This document shows positions 28,387 to 40,355 of a DNA stretch of 64,000 bases, piece by piece. How positions within the stretch are numbered: position 1 is the first letter of the stretch; every line of letters begins with the position of its first letter. The position numbers and the translations under genes were made by a program. Source of the stretch: an uncultured Planctomycetota bacterium (GTDB taxonomy: Bacteria; Planctomycetota; PLA2; JAEUHO01); contig CAVVXN010000003.1 in NCBI GenBank assembly GCA_963752285.1, forward strand, positions 444,179-508,178, given 5' to 3'. The notes under the pieces were generated by a model that had not been told where the DNA came from, made no database searches, and saw only the letters and a list, made by a program, of their open reading frames with translations.

Positions 28387-28416
28387 CGGCCCGGGCCCGC
28401 CGGGCACGGAGTCGGG

Positions 28417-29466
28417 TCAGACCTCCAGGTCCTTCCAGAACGGCTTCTGCACCCGCGTGAGCTGGTGCACGACGCGTCGCGCGGCGTCGGAGGGGTTCGC
28501 CTCGACCTCGACCTCCCCGGCCGCCGGCGCGGCGAGCGCGTCGAGCGCGACGCGCACGCCCGTCACGAGGCCCTCGAGGTCGTAGCCCCCCTCCAGCGTC
28601 AGCACGATCCGGCCGGGGCAGTGGCGGTCGGCCCACCGGCGGATCAGGGCGTAGAGAGCGCGAAACCCGGCCTCGGTCTGCTTCATGCCGGCGAGGGGGT
28701 CGTTCCACCAGGTGTCGAAGCCGGCCGAGACGAGGATCAGCTCGGGCTCGTACGCATCGACGATGCGATCGACGACCGTCCGGTACGGGAGGAGGAAGTC
28801 GGCGTCCCCGCTCCCGGCGGGGAGCGGGACGTTCACCGTGTGGCCGCGGCCTCGGCCCGTGCCCACCTCGTCGAGCGCGCCGGTGCCCGGATAGAAGGGG
28901 TACTGGTGGCTCGACACGTAGAGCACGTCGTCGCGTTCGGCGAACGCGTGCTGGGTCCCGTTCCCGTGGTGTACGTCGGGGTCCACCACGAGGATGCGCC
29001 GCAGTCCCATCTCGGCCGCGGCGTGCGCCGCGGCGATGGCGACGTTGTTGAAGAGGCAGAATCCCATCGCTGCGTCCGCCTCGGCGTGGTGCCCGGGCGG
29101 ACGGACGAGCGCGAACGCGCCCGAGGCCTCCTTCGCGAGCACCGCCTCCACCCCGCGAAGGACCGCCCCGGCGGCCAGGAGCGCCGCCTCGTACGAGCGG
29201 GGCGAGGTCCGCGTGTCCTCGTCGAGCCACCGCGACGCCTCCGCCGCGCGACGGACCCGCTCGACGTACTCCGGCCGGTGCACCCGGCCGACCTCGGCGA
29301 GGCGCGCCGGGCGGGACGGGACCCCCGTCGTGCCCGGGACCGGGGCGGCGTCCAGGCTCGCCTCGACGGCCGCGAGCCGGCGCGCGCTCTCCGGGTGCCC
29401 CGGGCCCGTGTCGTGCGCCAGGAAGGCCTCGTGCCGGACGACCCAGACGCTCACGGTCGGGAGCAT
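28417..29466 (-). CDS. Histone deacetylase family (Zn-dependent deacylase)
   Basis: [35 protein letters not shown]. Confidence 0.95.
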   Translation of the reverse strand: MLPTVSVWVVRHEAFLAHDTGPGHPESARRLAAVEASLDAAPVPGTTGVPSRPARLAEVGRVHRPEYVERVRRAAEASRWLDEDTRTSPRSYEAALLAAGAVLRGVEAVLAKEASGAFALVRPPGHHAEADAAMGFCLFNNVAIAAAHAAAEMGLRRILVVDPDVHHGNGTQHAFAERDDVLYVSSHQYPFYPGTGALDEVGTGRGRGHTVNVPLPAGSGDADFLLPYRTVVDRIVDAYEPELILVSAGFDTWWNDPLAGMKQTEAGFRALYALIRRWADRHCPGRIVLTLEGGYDLEGLVTGVRVALDALAAPAAGEVEVEANPSDAARRVVHQLTRVQKPFWKDLEV

Positions 29467-29549
29467 ATCTCCGGGGGTGGCGGGCGATCCGACCGGGTAT
29501 CATCGGCCGTGCGCGTCCCGGACCGCCTGCTGCCCGGGGGAGCCCATCC

Positions 29550-30095
29550 TTGACCGTCGACGGCGAACGACTGCGCGAGACCTTCGCGCCCCACTTCGAC
29601 GCGATGCGCGCCGAGGACCGGGACCACCTCGCCGAGGTGCTGGAGGAGCAGGACGTCCCGGCGGGGACCCGACTCCTCCGCCACGGTCGCCTGAGCGACC
29701 GCGCCTACCTCATCGTCCGCGGGGAGGTCGAGGTCACGCTCGACTGCCCCGAGACCACCCTCCGTCTGGGTCGCCGGCCCGCCGGCTCCTGGGTGGGCGA
29801 GCTGGGGATGATCGACCCCGGCCCCGCGTCGGCCAACGTGGACGCGCTGACCGACCTCCACGTCTGGATCCTGACCCATCCCGCCTGGAACGCGCTCCGC
29901 CGCGAGCGACCCGCCGCGGCCGCGTCCCTGACCGAGCTGATCTGCCGGGACGTCGCCATGCGCCTGCGTCGGAGCGACGCGCTCACGTTCCGCCGCGAGG
30001 GACCGCGCCTCGTCCTGGCCCTCCCCGCCGAGCGCCCCCGGGAGGGGCTGCTCGAGCACATGAAGCACCTCTTCGGGCTCGGGGTCGCCGGATGA
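29550..30095 (+). CDS. Stand-alone cyclic-nucleotide-binding domain protein
   Basis: AG..LLRHG..SD.AYLIVRGEVEV...GSWVGELGMID..PASANV; TTG start. Confidence 0.85.
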   Translation: MTVDGERLRETFAPHFDAMRAEDRDHLAEVLEEQDVPAGTRLLRHGRLSDRAYLIVRGEVEVTLDCPETTLRLGRRPAGSWVGELGMIDPGPASANVDALTDLHVWILTHPAWNALRRERPAAAASLTELICRDVAMRLRRSDALTFRREGPRLVLALPAERPREGLLEHMKHLFGLGVAG

Positions 30096-30589
30096 CGCTC
30101 GAGGAGTGCCTCCAGCGGCAGCCGTCGCTCGCCGCCCTCTCGCGCGCCGACCTCGACGCCCTCGTCCGCTCGTGCGAGGTGCGCGAGCATCCGGACGGCT
30201 ACGAGCTGATCCGCGAGGGCGACCGCGCGGACGCCGTGTACTTCATCCTCTCCGGGCAGCTCCGCGTGGCCGTCGCGAAGCCGCGCGCGGCCGACTTCGT
30301 CTTCCGCCGCCAGATGGGCCCGGGGGAGATCATCGGGCTCCTCGCGCTGATCGACGGCGGTCCGCGGAGCGCGACGTGTACCGCGGCGGGGCCGATCCGG
30401 GTCGCGCGGCTGCGGCTCGACGTCGCGCGGCTCCTGATGAACAGCCACGCGCCGATCTCGTGCGGGTTCCAGTGCGCGCTCGCGACGCAGCTCGTGCGCG
30501 ACGCGCGCCTCCTGAACGAGGCGGTCCTCGACGCCGTGCACACGCACCTCTGCGACGCAGACGACCTCCCCGCCGAGCTGATCCGCTAG
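30092..30589 (+). CDS. Stand-alone cyclic-nucleotide-binding domain protein
   Basis: LIREGDRADAVYFILSG...GEIIGLLALID..PRSATC; ATGA overlap with the upstream gene. Confidence 0.85.
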   Translation: MTLEECLQRQPSLAALSRADLDALVRSCEVREHPDGYELIREGDRADAVYFILSGQLRVAVAKPRAADFVFRRQMGPGEIIGLLALIDGGPRSATCTAAGPIRVARLRLDVARLLMNSHAPISCGFQCALATQLVRDARLLNEAVLDAVHTHLCDADDLPAELIR

Positions 30590-30590
30590 T

Positions 30591-30635
30591 CATACGGAGC
30601 CAGAGCAATTCGTCCGGGTCAGGCTCTGGACTCCG
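30591..30635. repeat. REP-like inverted doublet, degenerate copy 2
   Basis: CATACGGAGCCAGAGC ... GCTCTGGACTCCG immediately after the stop codon. Confidence 0.5.
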
Positions 30636-30706
30636 GCCGATCGGTTTTTTCAATGTAGTCCATCGCCCCAGGGGCATCCTTCGGGAGGCCCCGCGGAGGA
30701 CGTGCG

Positions 30707-31618
30707 ATGGCCTCGATCGACGAGCCGCTGAGCATCCGACAGCTGGAGGTCTTCGTCGCGTTGGTGGACCGCGGCTCGTTCACGAAGGCGGCGGAGGACC
30801 TCGGCCTCTCGCAGTCCACCGTGAGCGGGCACATCGCGGACCTCGAGCGCCGGCTCGGGGTGCTCGTCGTGGAGCGGGGCCACCGAAACGTCCGGTCCAC
30901 CGCCGCGGGCGAGGCCCTCCTCGGTCCGGCGCGGGCCACGCTCAAGGCCGAGCGGACGACCCGGATGGCCGTGGAGGAGCTGACCGGCCTCCTGCGCGGG
31001 CAGCTCTCGATCGGCGGCTCGACGATCCCCGCCACGTACCTGCTCCCGCCGATCATGGCGCGCTTCCACGAGCGCTACCCCGACATCGCCCTCCGCCTCG
31101 TGACGGGCGACTCGCAGGAGACGCTCGACCGGATCCACGCCTCCGAGGTCGAGCTCGGGGTGATCGGCGCGACGCCCGACGAGCAGTCCTTCGACGCGAA
31201 GCGGGTGGGCGAGGACCACCTCGCCCTGATCGTCCCGCCGACCCATCCCTTCGCCAGGGAGAAGCGGGTCACGGTGGACGCGGTGCTCGCCGAGCCGATG
31301 GTGATCCGCGAGGAGGGATCCGGGACGCGGGCGGCGGTCGTCTCGGCGCTCGTCGGCGACTCGGGCGTGCATCCCGGCCAGCGCCTCAACGTGGTCTGCG
31401 AGGTCGGCAGCACCGAGAGCTCCAAGGCGGCGGTTCGCGCGGGCGTGGGGATCTCGTTCGTGTCGGACCTCGCCGTCCGGGACGAGCTCGCGTCGGGCGC
31501 CCTCGCCACGGCCGAGGTCGAGGGCGTGGACGTGCGGCGGACGTTCTGGCTCGTCACGCGAAAGGGCGCGTACCTCGGTCCCGCCGCGCGCGCCTTCTTC
31601 GACCTCGAGCTCGCGTAG
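30707..31618 (+). CDS. LysR-family transcriptional regulator (CysL/CbbR-like substrate domain)
   Basis: QLEVF...GSFTKAAE.L.LSQSTVS.HI..LE..LG HTH; GGSTIP.TY.LP; REEGSGTR. Confidence 0.95.
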   Translation: MASIDEPLSIRQLEVFVALVDRGSFTKAAEDLGLSQSTVSGHIADLERRLGVLVVERGHRNVRSTAAGEALLGPARATLKAERTTRMAVEELTGLLRGQLSIGGSTIPATYLLPPIMARFHERYPDIALRLVTGDSQETLDRIHASEVELGVIGATPDEQSFDAKRVGEDHLALIVPPTHPFAREKRVTVDAVLAEPMVIREEGSGTRAAVVSALVGDSGVHPGQRLNVVCEVGSTESSKAAVRAGVGISFVSDLAVRDELASGALATAEVEGVDVRRTFWLVTRKGAYLGPAARAFFDLELA

Positions 31619-31682
31619 CCCGCGCCGTCCGCCGACCGTTCGCCCGACGGCGGTACGGTGGCCGGGCCCGAACGGAGAAGTC

Positions 31683-33356
31683 ATGGCCGAGACCCCCCGA
31701 AGCGACGTGGTCGTCCCGAAGTCCGTCCAGCCGACGCTTCCGATCGAGCGGATGATCGTCCCGGAGGCGCCCGGCGAGGACGCCGTCCCCATGGACGTCC
31801 TCTTCGTGGGCGCGGGGCCCGCCGGCCTCGCGGGGGCGATCCACCTCGCGCGCCTCGTGAAGAAGGACCAGGAAGCGGGCGGGTCGATCGGCGACGTCGA
31901 GATCGGCGTGCTCGAGAAGGCCGAGGGCCTCGGGCACCACTCGCTCTCCGGAGCCGTCGTGAACCCCGTGGCGCTCCGGGCGCTCTTCCCGGAGCTGTCG
32001 GACGCGGACCTCCCGCTCCGAAAGCCCGTCACGGCCGAGCGCGTGTACGTCCTCACGAGCGGACGCGCCTGGCGCATCCCGACGCCCCGGACGATGAAGA
32101 ACCACGGGTACTTCACCGCGTCCCTGTGCGAGGTCGTCCGGTGGCTCGGCGAGAAGGCGGAGGGGCTCGGCGTCAACCTCTTCACGGGCTTCCCCGTGGC
32201 GTCGCTCCTCGTGGAGAAGGACGCGGTGGTGGGGGTGCGGACGACGCCCTCCGGCCTGCGCCGCGACGGGACGCCGGGCCCGGGCCACCAGCCGCCGACC
32301 GACGTCTCCGCCCGCGTCGTCGCCATCGCCGACGGCTCGCGCGGCTCGCTCTCGCAGGCCTGGCGGGCGTGGCAGGGCGTCACGTCCGAGAACCCGCAGA
32401 TCTTCGCGCTCGGCGTGAAGGAGGTCTGGGAGACGAAGCGGCCGCTCGACGCGGTGATCCACACGATGGGATGGCCGCTCCCGCGCGACGCGTTCGGAGG
32501 GTCGTTCCTCTACCCGCTGGCCGACGACCAGGTGGCCTTGGGCCTCGTCGTGGGCATGGACTGGCCCACGACCGCGATCGACGTGCACGGGCTGCTGCAG
32601 CGGTGGAAGCGTCACCCGCTCGTCCAGCCGATCCTCGAGGGCGGCGAGCTCCTCGAGTGGGGGGCGAAGACGATCCCCGAGGGCGGCTACTACGCGCTTC
32701 CGAACCGCCTGGCCGGCGCGGGCGCCCTCCTCCTCGGCGACGGCGCGGGCTTCGTGGACGTGCCCTCGCTGAAGGGCGTCCACTACGCGATGACCTCCGG
32801 CATGGAGGCGGCCGAGGCGATCTTCGAGGCCCTGAAGAAGGGCGACGTCTCGGCCGAGGCGCTCGCGCCCTACGACGAGCGGATGCGCGCCTCGTACGTC
32901 GTGTCCGACCTGCGGCGCACGCGGAACATGCGCCTCGCGTTCCAGAAGGGCTTCTTCCGCGGCGGCATCCGCGCGAGCGTCCTCAGCCTGACGAAGGGCG
33001 CGTTCCCGGGCCGGCGCATCCGGTCGGAGGAGGACGCGCTCCGCCCGCGTCGCGTCGTGGCGCCGGTCGCGCCGGCGGCCGAGGGGGCGCTCGCGATCTC
33101 GAAGGTCGAGGGCGTCTTCAAGTCGGGGAACCAGACGCGCGACGACATCCCCTCGCACCTCGTGACCGGCCCGAAGGTCCCGCCCGAGGTGGCCGAGCTC
33201 TACGCGGCGATGTGCCCCGCGGGCGTGTACGAGCGTCGCGGCGACGACCTGGTCGTGAACGCGCCGAACTGCGTGGACTGCAAGGCCACCGACGTCCTCG
33301 GCCCGCGCTGGACGCCGCGCGAGGGCGGGTCGGGCCCGCACTACACGAGGATGTAG
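31683..33356 (+). CDS. Electron transfer flavoprotein-quinone oxidoreductase (ETF-QO) family
   Basis: DVLFVGAGPAGL, G.HSLSGAV, ALGVKEVWE, GAKTIPEGG, KGVHYAM.SG, CPAGVYE...NCVDCK. Confidence 0.93.
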   Translation: MAETPRSDVVVPKSVQPTLPIERMIVPEAPGEDAVPMDVLFVGAGPAGLAGAIHLARLVKKDQEAGGSIGDVEIGVLEKAEGLGHHSLSGAVVNPVALRALFPELSDADLPLRKPVTAERVYVLTSGRAWRIPTPRTMKNHGYFTASLCEVVRWLGEKAEGLGVNLFTGFPVASLLVEKDAVVGVRTTPSGLRRDGTPGPGHQPPTDVSARVVAIADGSRGSLSQAWRAWQGVTSENPQIFALGVKEVWETKRPLDAVIHTMGWPLPRDAFGGSFLYPLADDQVALGLVVGMDWPTTAIDVHGLLQRWKRHPLVQPILEGGELLEWGAKTIPEGGYYALPNRLAGAGALLLGDGAGFVDVPSLKGVHYAMTSGMEAAEAIFEALKKGDVSAEALAPYDERMRASYVVSDLRRTRNMRLAFQKGFFRGGIRASVLSLTKGAFPGRRIRSEEDALRPRRVVAPVAPAAEGALAISKVEGVFKSGNQTRDDIPSHLVTGPKVPPEVAELYAAMCPAGVYERRGDDLVVNAPNCVDCKATDVLGPRWTPREGGSGPHYTRM

Positions 33357-33417
33357 ACGGCCCGGCGCGCGCGGAGAGCGCCCGAGGCGCCCGTTCTCGT
33401 GTTCGGGCCGGGAGCGT

Positions 33418-34722
33418 CTACGGCTCCACGGCGATCCGCTGCACGAAGAGCAGGCACCGGTCCCCGAACCGGCGCGCTTCCTCGAGGAGCACCTTCGTGT
33501 CGGGCACGACCACGTCCGAGAACGAGGGCTTCCCGTTCGTCACGACCTCGATCGGCTTCGTGAGGTCGAGCATGTCGGGCGACACGAGGATCGTGAAGCG
33601 CTTCACGCCGCGCGTCGTGACGTCGATCCGGTTGCCGCTCCGCCGCGCCTCCAGGCGGGGGAGGTCGGTCCGTACGAGGGAGCCCGCCGCGTCGTCGAAG
33701 GTGCCGGTGGTCTGCCCCTCGCCCGCCTCGTCGATCCGGACCCACCGGAACGTGTCGGCGGGGAACGTCGTCTCGCGGGAGGGATCGAGCTGCCAATGGA
33801 CCGCGTCCGGGTAGGGGACGCGCGGGTGCGCGGAGAGGAACGTCCGGACCTCGTCCTGGAACTTCAGGAAGTACCGCGGGTCGTGGCCTCCGCCGGCGAC
33901 CTCCTTGTAGAGCAGGTCGATCCCCGACGCCTTCATGCCCTTCACGGCCTCGCGCACGTGGTCGATCGTGAAGATCGTGTCCTTGTCGCCGTTGATCGCG
34001 AAGAAGGGCAGGTTCACCAGGTTCGAGAAGCGCGTCACCCCGCCGGGCGCGCCGATCACGGGCACCGCGGCGGCGAAGAACGTCGCCTCCGTCTCGACCA
34101 TCGCGTACGTGCCGCGCCCGCCGTCGGAGTCGCCCGCGACGTACACGCGGTTCTCGTCCACGTTGAAGGTCTGCTTCACGACGCGCAGCGCGTGCTCCAC
34201 GAGGTCGCGGCACGCGGGCGAGCCCCACTCGACGCCCTCGTACGTGGACGGACCCACGACGATCAGCCCGAGGTCCTCGAACGCCGGCGCGAACATCCCG
34301 GCCTCGTTCGCGCCGCCGCCGGGCGCGGGCTGGCGGACCGCGCCGTGGAGGAAGACCACGACGCCCGTCGGCTTCTTCCGGTTCAGGTGATGCGGGACGA
34401 CCCAGGTGATCTCGCGGGACTTCCCGTCGGGACCCGTGTGTGCGAACGTGAAGCGGTCCGGCACGCGTGCCGGGTAGGGCCGGCGCTTCGAGAGCACCTC
34501 CCGGAGCCGCAGCGCGCCCTTGTCGCCCGGGTACTTGGCGACGAGCTTCTCCAGGAGCGACTGCGCCTCGGCCTCGTCGTCGGTGTCGAGGTAGTCGAAC
34601 TCCGCGGGCTTTCGGACCTTCGGGAGCTCGTTCTTCTCCTCCTTCGCCCCGGCGGGCGCGAAGGAGAGCGAGAAGGCGATCCCGAGAGCGAGCGCGAGGC
34701 GGCTGGCGAGGGGAGCGCGCAT
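33418..34722 (-). CDS. Secreted alpha/beta hydrolase (esterase/peptidase-like)
   Basis: Signal peptide; [22 protein letters not shown] (GxSxG), NGDKD, GGGH. Confidence 0.85.
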   Translation of the reverse strand: MRAPLASRLALALGIAFSLSFAPAGAKEEKNELPKVRKPAEFDYLDTDDEAEAQSLLEKLVAKYPGDKGALRLREVLSKRRPYPARVPDRFTFAHTGPDGKSREITWVVPHHLNRKKPTGVVVFLHGAVRQPAPGGGANEAGMFAPAFEDLGLIVVGPSTYEGVEWGSPACRDLVEHALRVVKQTFNVDENRVYVAGDSDGGRGTYAMVETEATFFAAAVPVIGAPGGVTRFSNLVNLPFFAINGDKDTIFTIDHVREAVKGMKASGIDLLYKEVAGGGHDPRYFLKFQDEVRTFLSAHPRVPYPDAVHWQLDPSRETTFPADTFRWVRIDEAGEGQTTGTFDDAAGSLVRTDLPRLEARRSGNRIDVTTRGVKRFTILVSPDMLDLTKPIEVVTNGKPSFSDVVVPDTKVLLEEARRFGDRCLLFVQRIAVEP

Positions 34723-34768
34723 GGGGACAGACTACGCGCGACCCGATCCGGCGGGGTATCTCGGCGCG

Positions 34769-36561
<1,793 letters not shown>

Positions 36562-36565
<4 letters not shown>

Positions 36566-37023
36566 CCGACGCGCCGACGACGGGGCCCGGCCCGGAGCCC
36601 AAGCCCGAGGCCGCCAAGCTCCCGCTCGAGGCGGTGCCGCGGACGCTCGGGATCGGCCGGGCCGCGAAGCACGTCTTCCTCTGCGCGGACCAGACGCAGC
36701 CCAAGTGCGCGCCCCGCGAGACGACGACGGCGGTGTGGCTGTACCTGAAGCGGAGGCTCGTCGAGCTCGGCGTCGAGGGGAAGATGGTCGCGGCCGGGAC
36801 GTCCTCCGGGCTCGGCGGGCTCTGCGTCCTGCGGAGCAAGGTGGACTGTCTGCGGGTGTGTCAGGGCGGTCCGATCGTCGTGGTCTACCCGGACGGCGTC
36901 TGGTACCACGGCGTGACCGAGGACGTGATGGAGCGGATCCTCCAGGAGCACGTGATCGGCGGCCGGCGGGTCGAGGACCACGTGCTCGCCGTGGCGCCGC
37001 TCGACGCGAACCACCCCTCGTAG
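36562..37023 (+). CDS. Thioredoxin-like (2Fe-2S) ferredoxin
   Basis: HVFLC..Q..PKC ... [22 protein letters not shown] overlap. Confidence 0.9.
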
Positions 37024-37036
37024 CACGGGAGGGACC

Positions 37037-37744
37037 ATGGACCTCGCACAGGCCTACGCGCTCGTCACGGGCGGGAGCTCGGGCATCGGGTTCGAGATCG
37101 CGCGCGCGCTCAAGGCGCGCGGCGCGAAGGTCGCGATCTGCGGCCGGGACGCGAGGCGCCTGGAGCGCGCCGCCGAGTCGATCGGGTGCCTCGGCCTTCG
37201 CGCCGACGTGTCCCAGGAGGACGAGGTCGAACGGCTCGTCCACCGCGTGCTCGAGGGCCTCGGCGGCTACGACGTCCTCGTCAACAACGCGGCGGTCGGC
37301 TACTTCTCGACGCTCGTGGACATCGACGTCGAGCGGTTTTGCGACCTCCTCGCGACGAACCTCACGGGCGCGATGCTCGTGGCCCGCGCGTCCGCGCGCG
37401 TGTTCGTCCCGCAGCGGCGGGGGCACATCGTGAACGTGGGCTCGACGGCCGCGCGCCGCGGCTTCGCGAACGGCACCCCCTACGTGGCGAGCAAGTTCGC
37501 GCTCTCCGGCATGACCGAGTGCTGGCGCGCCGAGCTCCGGCGCCACGACGTGCGCGTCACGCAGGTGGACCCGAGCGAGGTGCAGACGCCGTTCCTCGGC
37601 TCGCAGCCGAAGGCGAACCCCCGGAAGCTCCGCCCCCGCGAGATCGCGCACGCCGTCCTCGCCGCCTTGGCGCTCGACGACCGCGGGTTCATCCCGTCGT
37701 TCGAGGTGTGGGCGACGAACCCGGACGGTCCGCCCCCCGCGTGA
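37037..37744 (+). CDS. Short-chain dehydrogenase/reductase
   Basis: VTGGSSGIG, VNNAA, YVASKF. Confidence 0.93.
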   Translation: MDLAQAYALVTGGSSGIGFEIARALKARGAKVAICGRDARRLERAAESIGCLGLRADVSQEDEVERLVHRVLEGLGGYDVLVNNAAVGYFSTLVDIDVERFCDLLATNLTGAMLVARASARVFVPQRRGHIVNVGSTAARRGFANGTPYVASKFALSGMTECWRAELRRHDVRVTQVDPSEVQTPFLGSQPKANPRKLRPREIAHAVLAALALDDRGFIPSFEVWATNPDGPPPA

Positions 37745-37921
37745 GCGAACGGCCCCGCGTGAGCGAGCGGCCCCCTCTGCGCTCGCCTCGGCGGCCGCTC
37801 TCGGGGTCGCGACGCGTCGCGACGGACCGCGCGCGCGCCCGCCCCCGCGCTTCGGTGGAGCCCGGGCTTCGCGTCCCCGCGATCTGCGCGAGACTGGGCG
37901 CCGCCTACTCGGGAGACTCGG

Positions 37922-39183
37922 ATGGACTCGTCGCGCGCTCTGCTCTTCGCCCTCGCCGGGCTCGTACTCGGAGGCGTCCTCGGCGCGCTCTGGATCGCAC
38001 CCGCCCTCCGCGCGCACGAAGGCGCGGGGCTCGAACGCGCGACGGACGCGGGCGGGGCCGCCGGACGGCTTCCGGGCGAGGCCGCGGGGAAGGACGGGGA
38101 GGCGCCCGACGCGTCCGACCCGGCGTCCGAGCCGGCGAGCCTCGAGGGCGCGCCCGTCGCGAAGGAGCGCTACGACGAGCTCCAAGCGCGCGTCCGGACC
38201 CTCGAGAAGGAGAAGACCGACCTCCAGGCGAAGGTCGAGAAGCTCGGCGCCGACCTCGAGGCCGCGCAGACGAAGCCGCTCGATCCCCAGGCGTTCCGCT
38301 TCGGCGTGCCGAAGTCGGCGCCGGCCTTCGACAAGGCCGACTGGACCGAGCTCGCCGACCACGTCGTGAAGCTGAGGAAGGTCCTCGGCGACCTGCCCGC
38401 CCAGGTCGAGAGCGAGGGGAAGGACTTCCATCTGACCCCCGCGACGGCGCACGCGCTCCAGCAGCACAACACGCCGCTCGCGATGTTCGCGGTCGGGTTC
38501 GGGAACGACGTCTCGGACGCGACGCCGAACGGCGCGTACACGCATCCCGCCGTGCTGGCGAACCTGATCCGCGCGGAGCTCCTCGCCGCGGGCGACCCCT
38601 GACGCCGGACCAGGAGCTGTCGTTGAAGGACCTGGGCGACGCGTGGCTCGCCGACTCGTACCGGTCGGTCTCCGGGCTCCCGCCGGGGGCGCCGGCCCTG
38701 CGGAAGACGGTCGTCGAGGTGGACGTCCGCCTCCGCTTCCTCGACGGCGTGAAGAACCTCCTCTCCGCGAACCAGCGGCAGGTCGTCTTCCCGCCGGCGA
38801 CGGAGGGACGGTTGAAGCTCGATCTGCTCTCTCCCGTGCTCGTGTACGTGCTCTCGACCCCCGTCACGGGAGCGGACGCGACGGAGCTCGGCACGAAGCT
38901 CGTGGCGCAGCTCCTCGAGTCCGCCGGCGTGAAGACGCCGGACGCCGGCCTCTACGCCGACGTCGGCCGCACGTGGGTGGACCAGATCCCGAACGTGCTC
39001 GTTCCCATGAGCCCGTACGCCGAGGACTTGAACTTCCCCACCGTGGCCGCGGCCCAGGCCCGGGCCCGCGCGCAGGCCACCGCCACGGAGGCCATCCTCC
39101 GCGCCGGGAACCTCACGACCGAGCAGGCGGACGCGCTCCGCGCCTTCCAGACGCTGCTCTTCCCGTACGTCCCCGAGGCGTGA
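37922..39183 (+). CDS. Membrane-anchored coiled-coil hypothetical protein, split by a 1-nt frameshift at 38596-38599
   Basis: N-terminal TM and coiled coil; adding one C to the C4 run joins ...AAGDP to LTPDQELSLKDLG...YVPEA, with continuous GC3-rich codons. Confidence 0.7.
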
Positions 39184-39198
39184 GGCGGGCGCGGCCCG

Positions 39199-39837
39199 TC
39201 ACGGAAGCCGCACCGCCACGGCGAGCCCGTCCTCGATCGGCAGGAGCGTCGCGCGCCAGCGGCCCGACCGCGCGAGGCGCCGGTTGAACCGGTCCACGAC
39301 CTCGCCCGACTCGCGTCCCCGCGGCTTTCGGAACACGTTGTCGGCGAGGAGGGTCCCGCCCACCCGGACGTTTCGCTCGGCCCAGTCGAGGTAGTCGGGA
39401 TACGACTCCTTGTCGGCGTCCACGAACACGAGGTCGAAGGGGCCGTCGGGCTCGATGTCGGAGAGGCGCTCGAGCGCCGGCCCGAGGTGCAGCACGACCC
39501 GGTCGGCGACGCCGGCCTTCCGAAACGACGCCTCGGCGATCTCGGCGTGTCGCGCCTCCACCTCGAACGTGTGGAGCACGCCGCCCTCGGGGAGCGCGCG
39601 CGCGAGGCACACGCCGCTGTAGCCGCCGAGCGTCCCGATCTCGACGATCTTCGTCGCGCGCGCCATCCGCGCGAGGACCTCGAGGTGGCGACCGTCGAAG
39701 GGGCCGACCGCGATCGCGGGCAGGCCCGCGGCGAGACTCCGCGCCCGGATCTCGGCGAGCACGCCGTCCTCGGGTTCGAGGAGATCGTCCACGTAGGGCG
39801 GGATCGCCGGATCCGTCGCTGCGAAGGCCTTGTTCAT
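39199..39837 (-). CDS. SAM-dependent O-methyltransferase (Methyltransf_3 / caffeoyl-CoA-like)
   Basis: EIGTLGGYS, GPFDLVFVDADK..YP.Y, ADNV, DGL. Confidence 0.93.
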   Translation of the reverse strand: MNKAFAATDPAIPPYVDDLLEPEDGVLAEIRARSLAAGLPAIAVGPFDGRHLEVLARMARATKIVEIGTLGGYSGVCLARALPEGGVLHTFEVEARHAEIAEASFRKAGVADRVVLHLGPALERLSDIEPDGPFDLVFVDADKESYPDYLDWAERNVRVGGTLLADNVFRKPRGRESGEVVDRFNRRLARSGRWRATLLPIEDGLAVAVRLP

Positions 39838-40355
39838 GCTCCCGAAGCGTACGCGCCGGGCCACGCGCGGGCACGAGAAGGCGAGACGAACGGGGGGCGG
39901 GGGCCCCGGCCGCGGCGACGGGCAAGGCGTCGGTTCTGGCGTCGGCCGCCGGCCGGGGCGTCGCGCGGCGGTCGGTCGCGCGCGTCGAGGACCTGGACGG
40001 GCCGCGCGCGCCGGGGGCGTCCCTCGTCGCCGGGCCTCCCGGAAGACGTCCCGTGGACCTCGCCTCGCCCGTCGCACAGGCGCGCGCCCTCGGGCTCCCG
40101 ACGACCCCGGACGCCCCCTCCCACGCCCTACGAGCCCCATTTCTCGCGTGCTGGCATCTACGTACGCACTCGATGGAACCTTGGATACCACATCGATGAA
40201 GGACTAAGATCCTGATCCTCTTGTTTCCGAAACTTGTCAATTGGGGGCTAGCGGAAACGTCCTCCTCCTCCGTATGATCCCCGCGGATTACGGAAACGGA
40301 CGGCAGGGGCCACGCGAAGCGGCGTCGGGCCGTCGGGCGATGACGAGGTTTCCAG

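Noticed and set aside
34720..34768. Overlapping divergent ATGs at 34720-34723
   Set aside because: ATG 34769 is the more plausible ABC start, leaving a short ordinary divergent gap.
37738..37775. Short direct repeat GTGAGCGA.CGGCCCC twice after the SDR stop
   Set aside because: Two copies only; a local duplication with no evidence of function.
38600..38602. TGA ending ORF 37922-38602 as possible selenocysteine
   Set aside because: The same frame hits another stop 8 codons later; the coding signal continues in a different frame, which a homopolymer indel explains.
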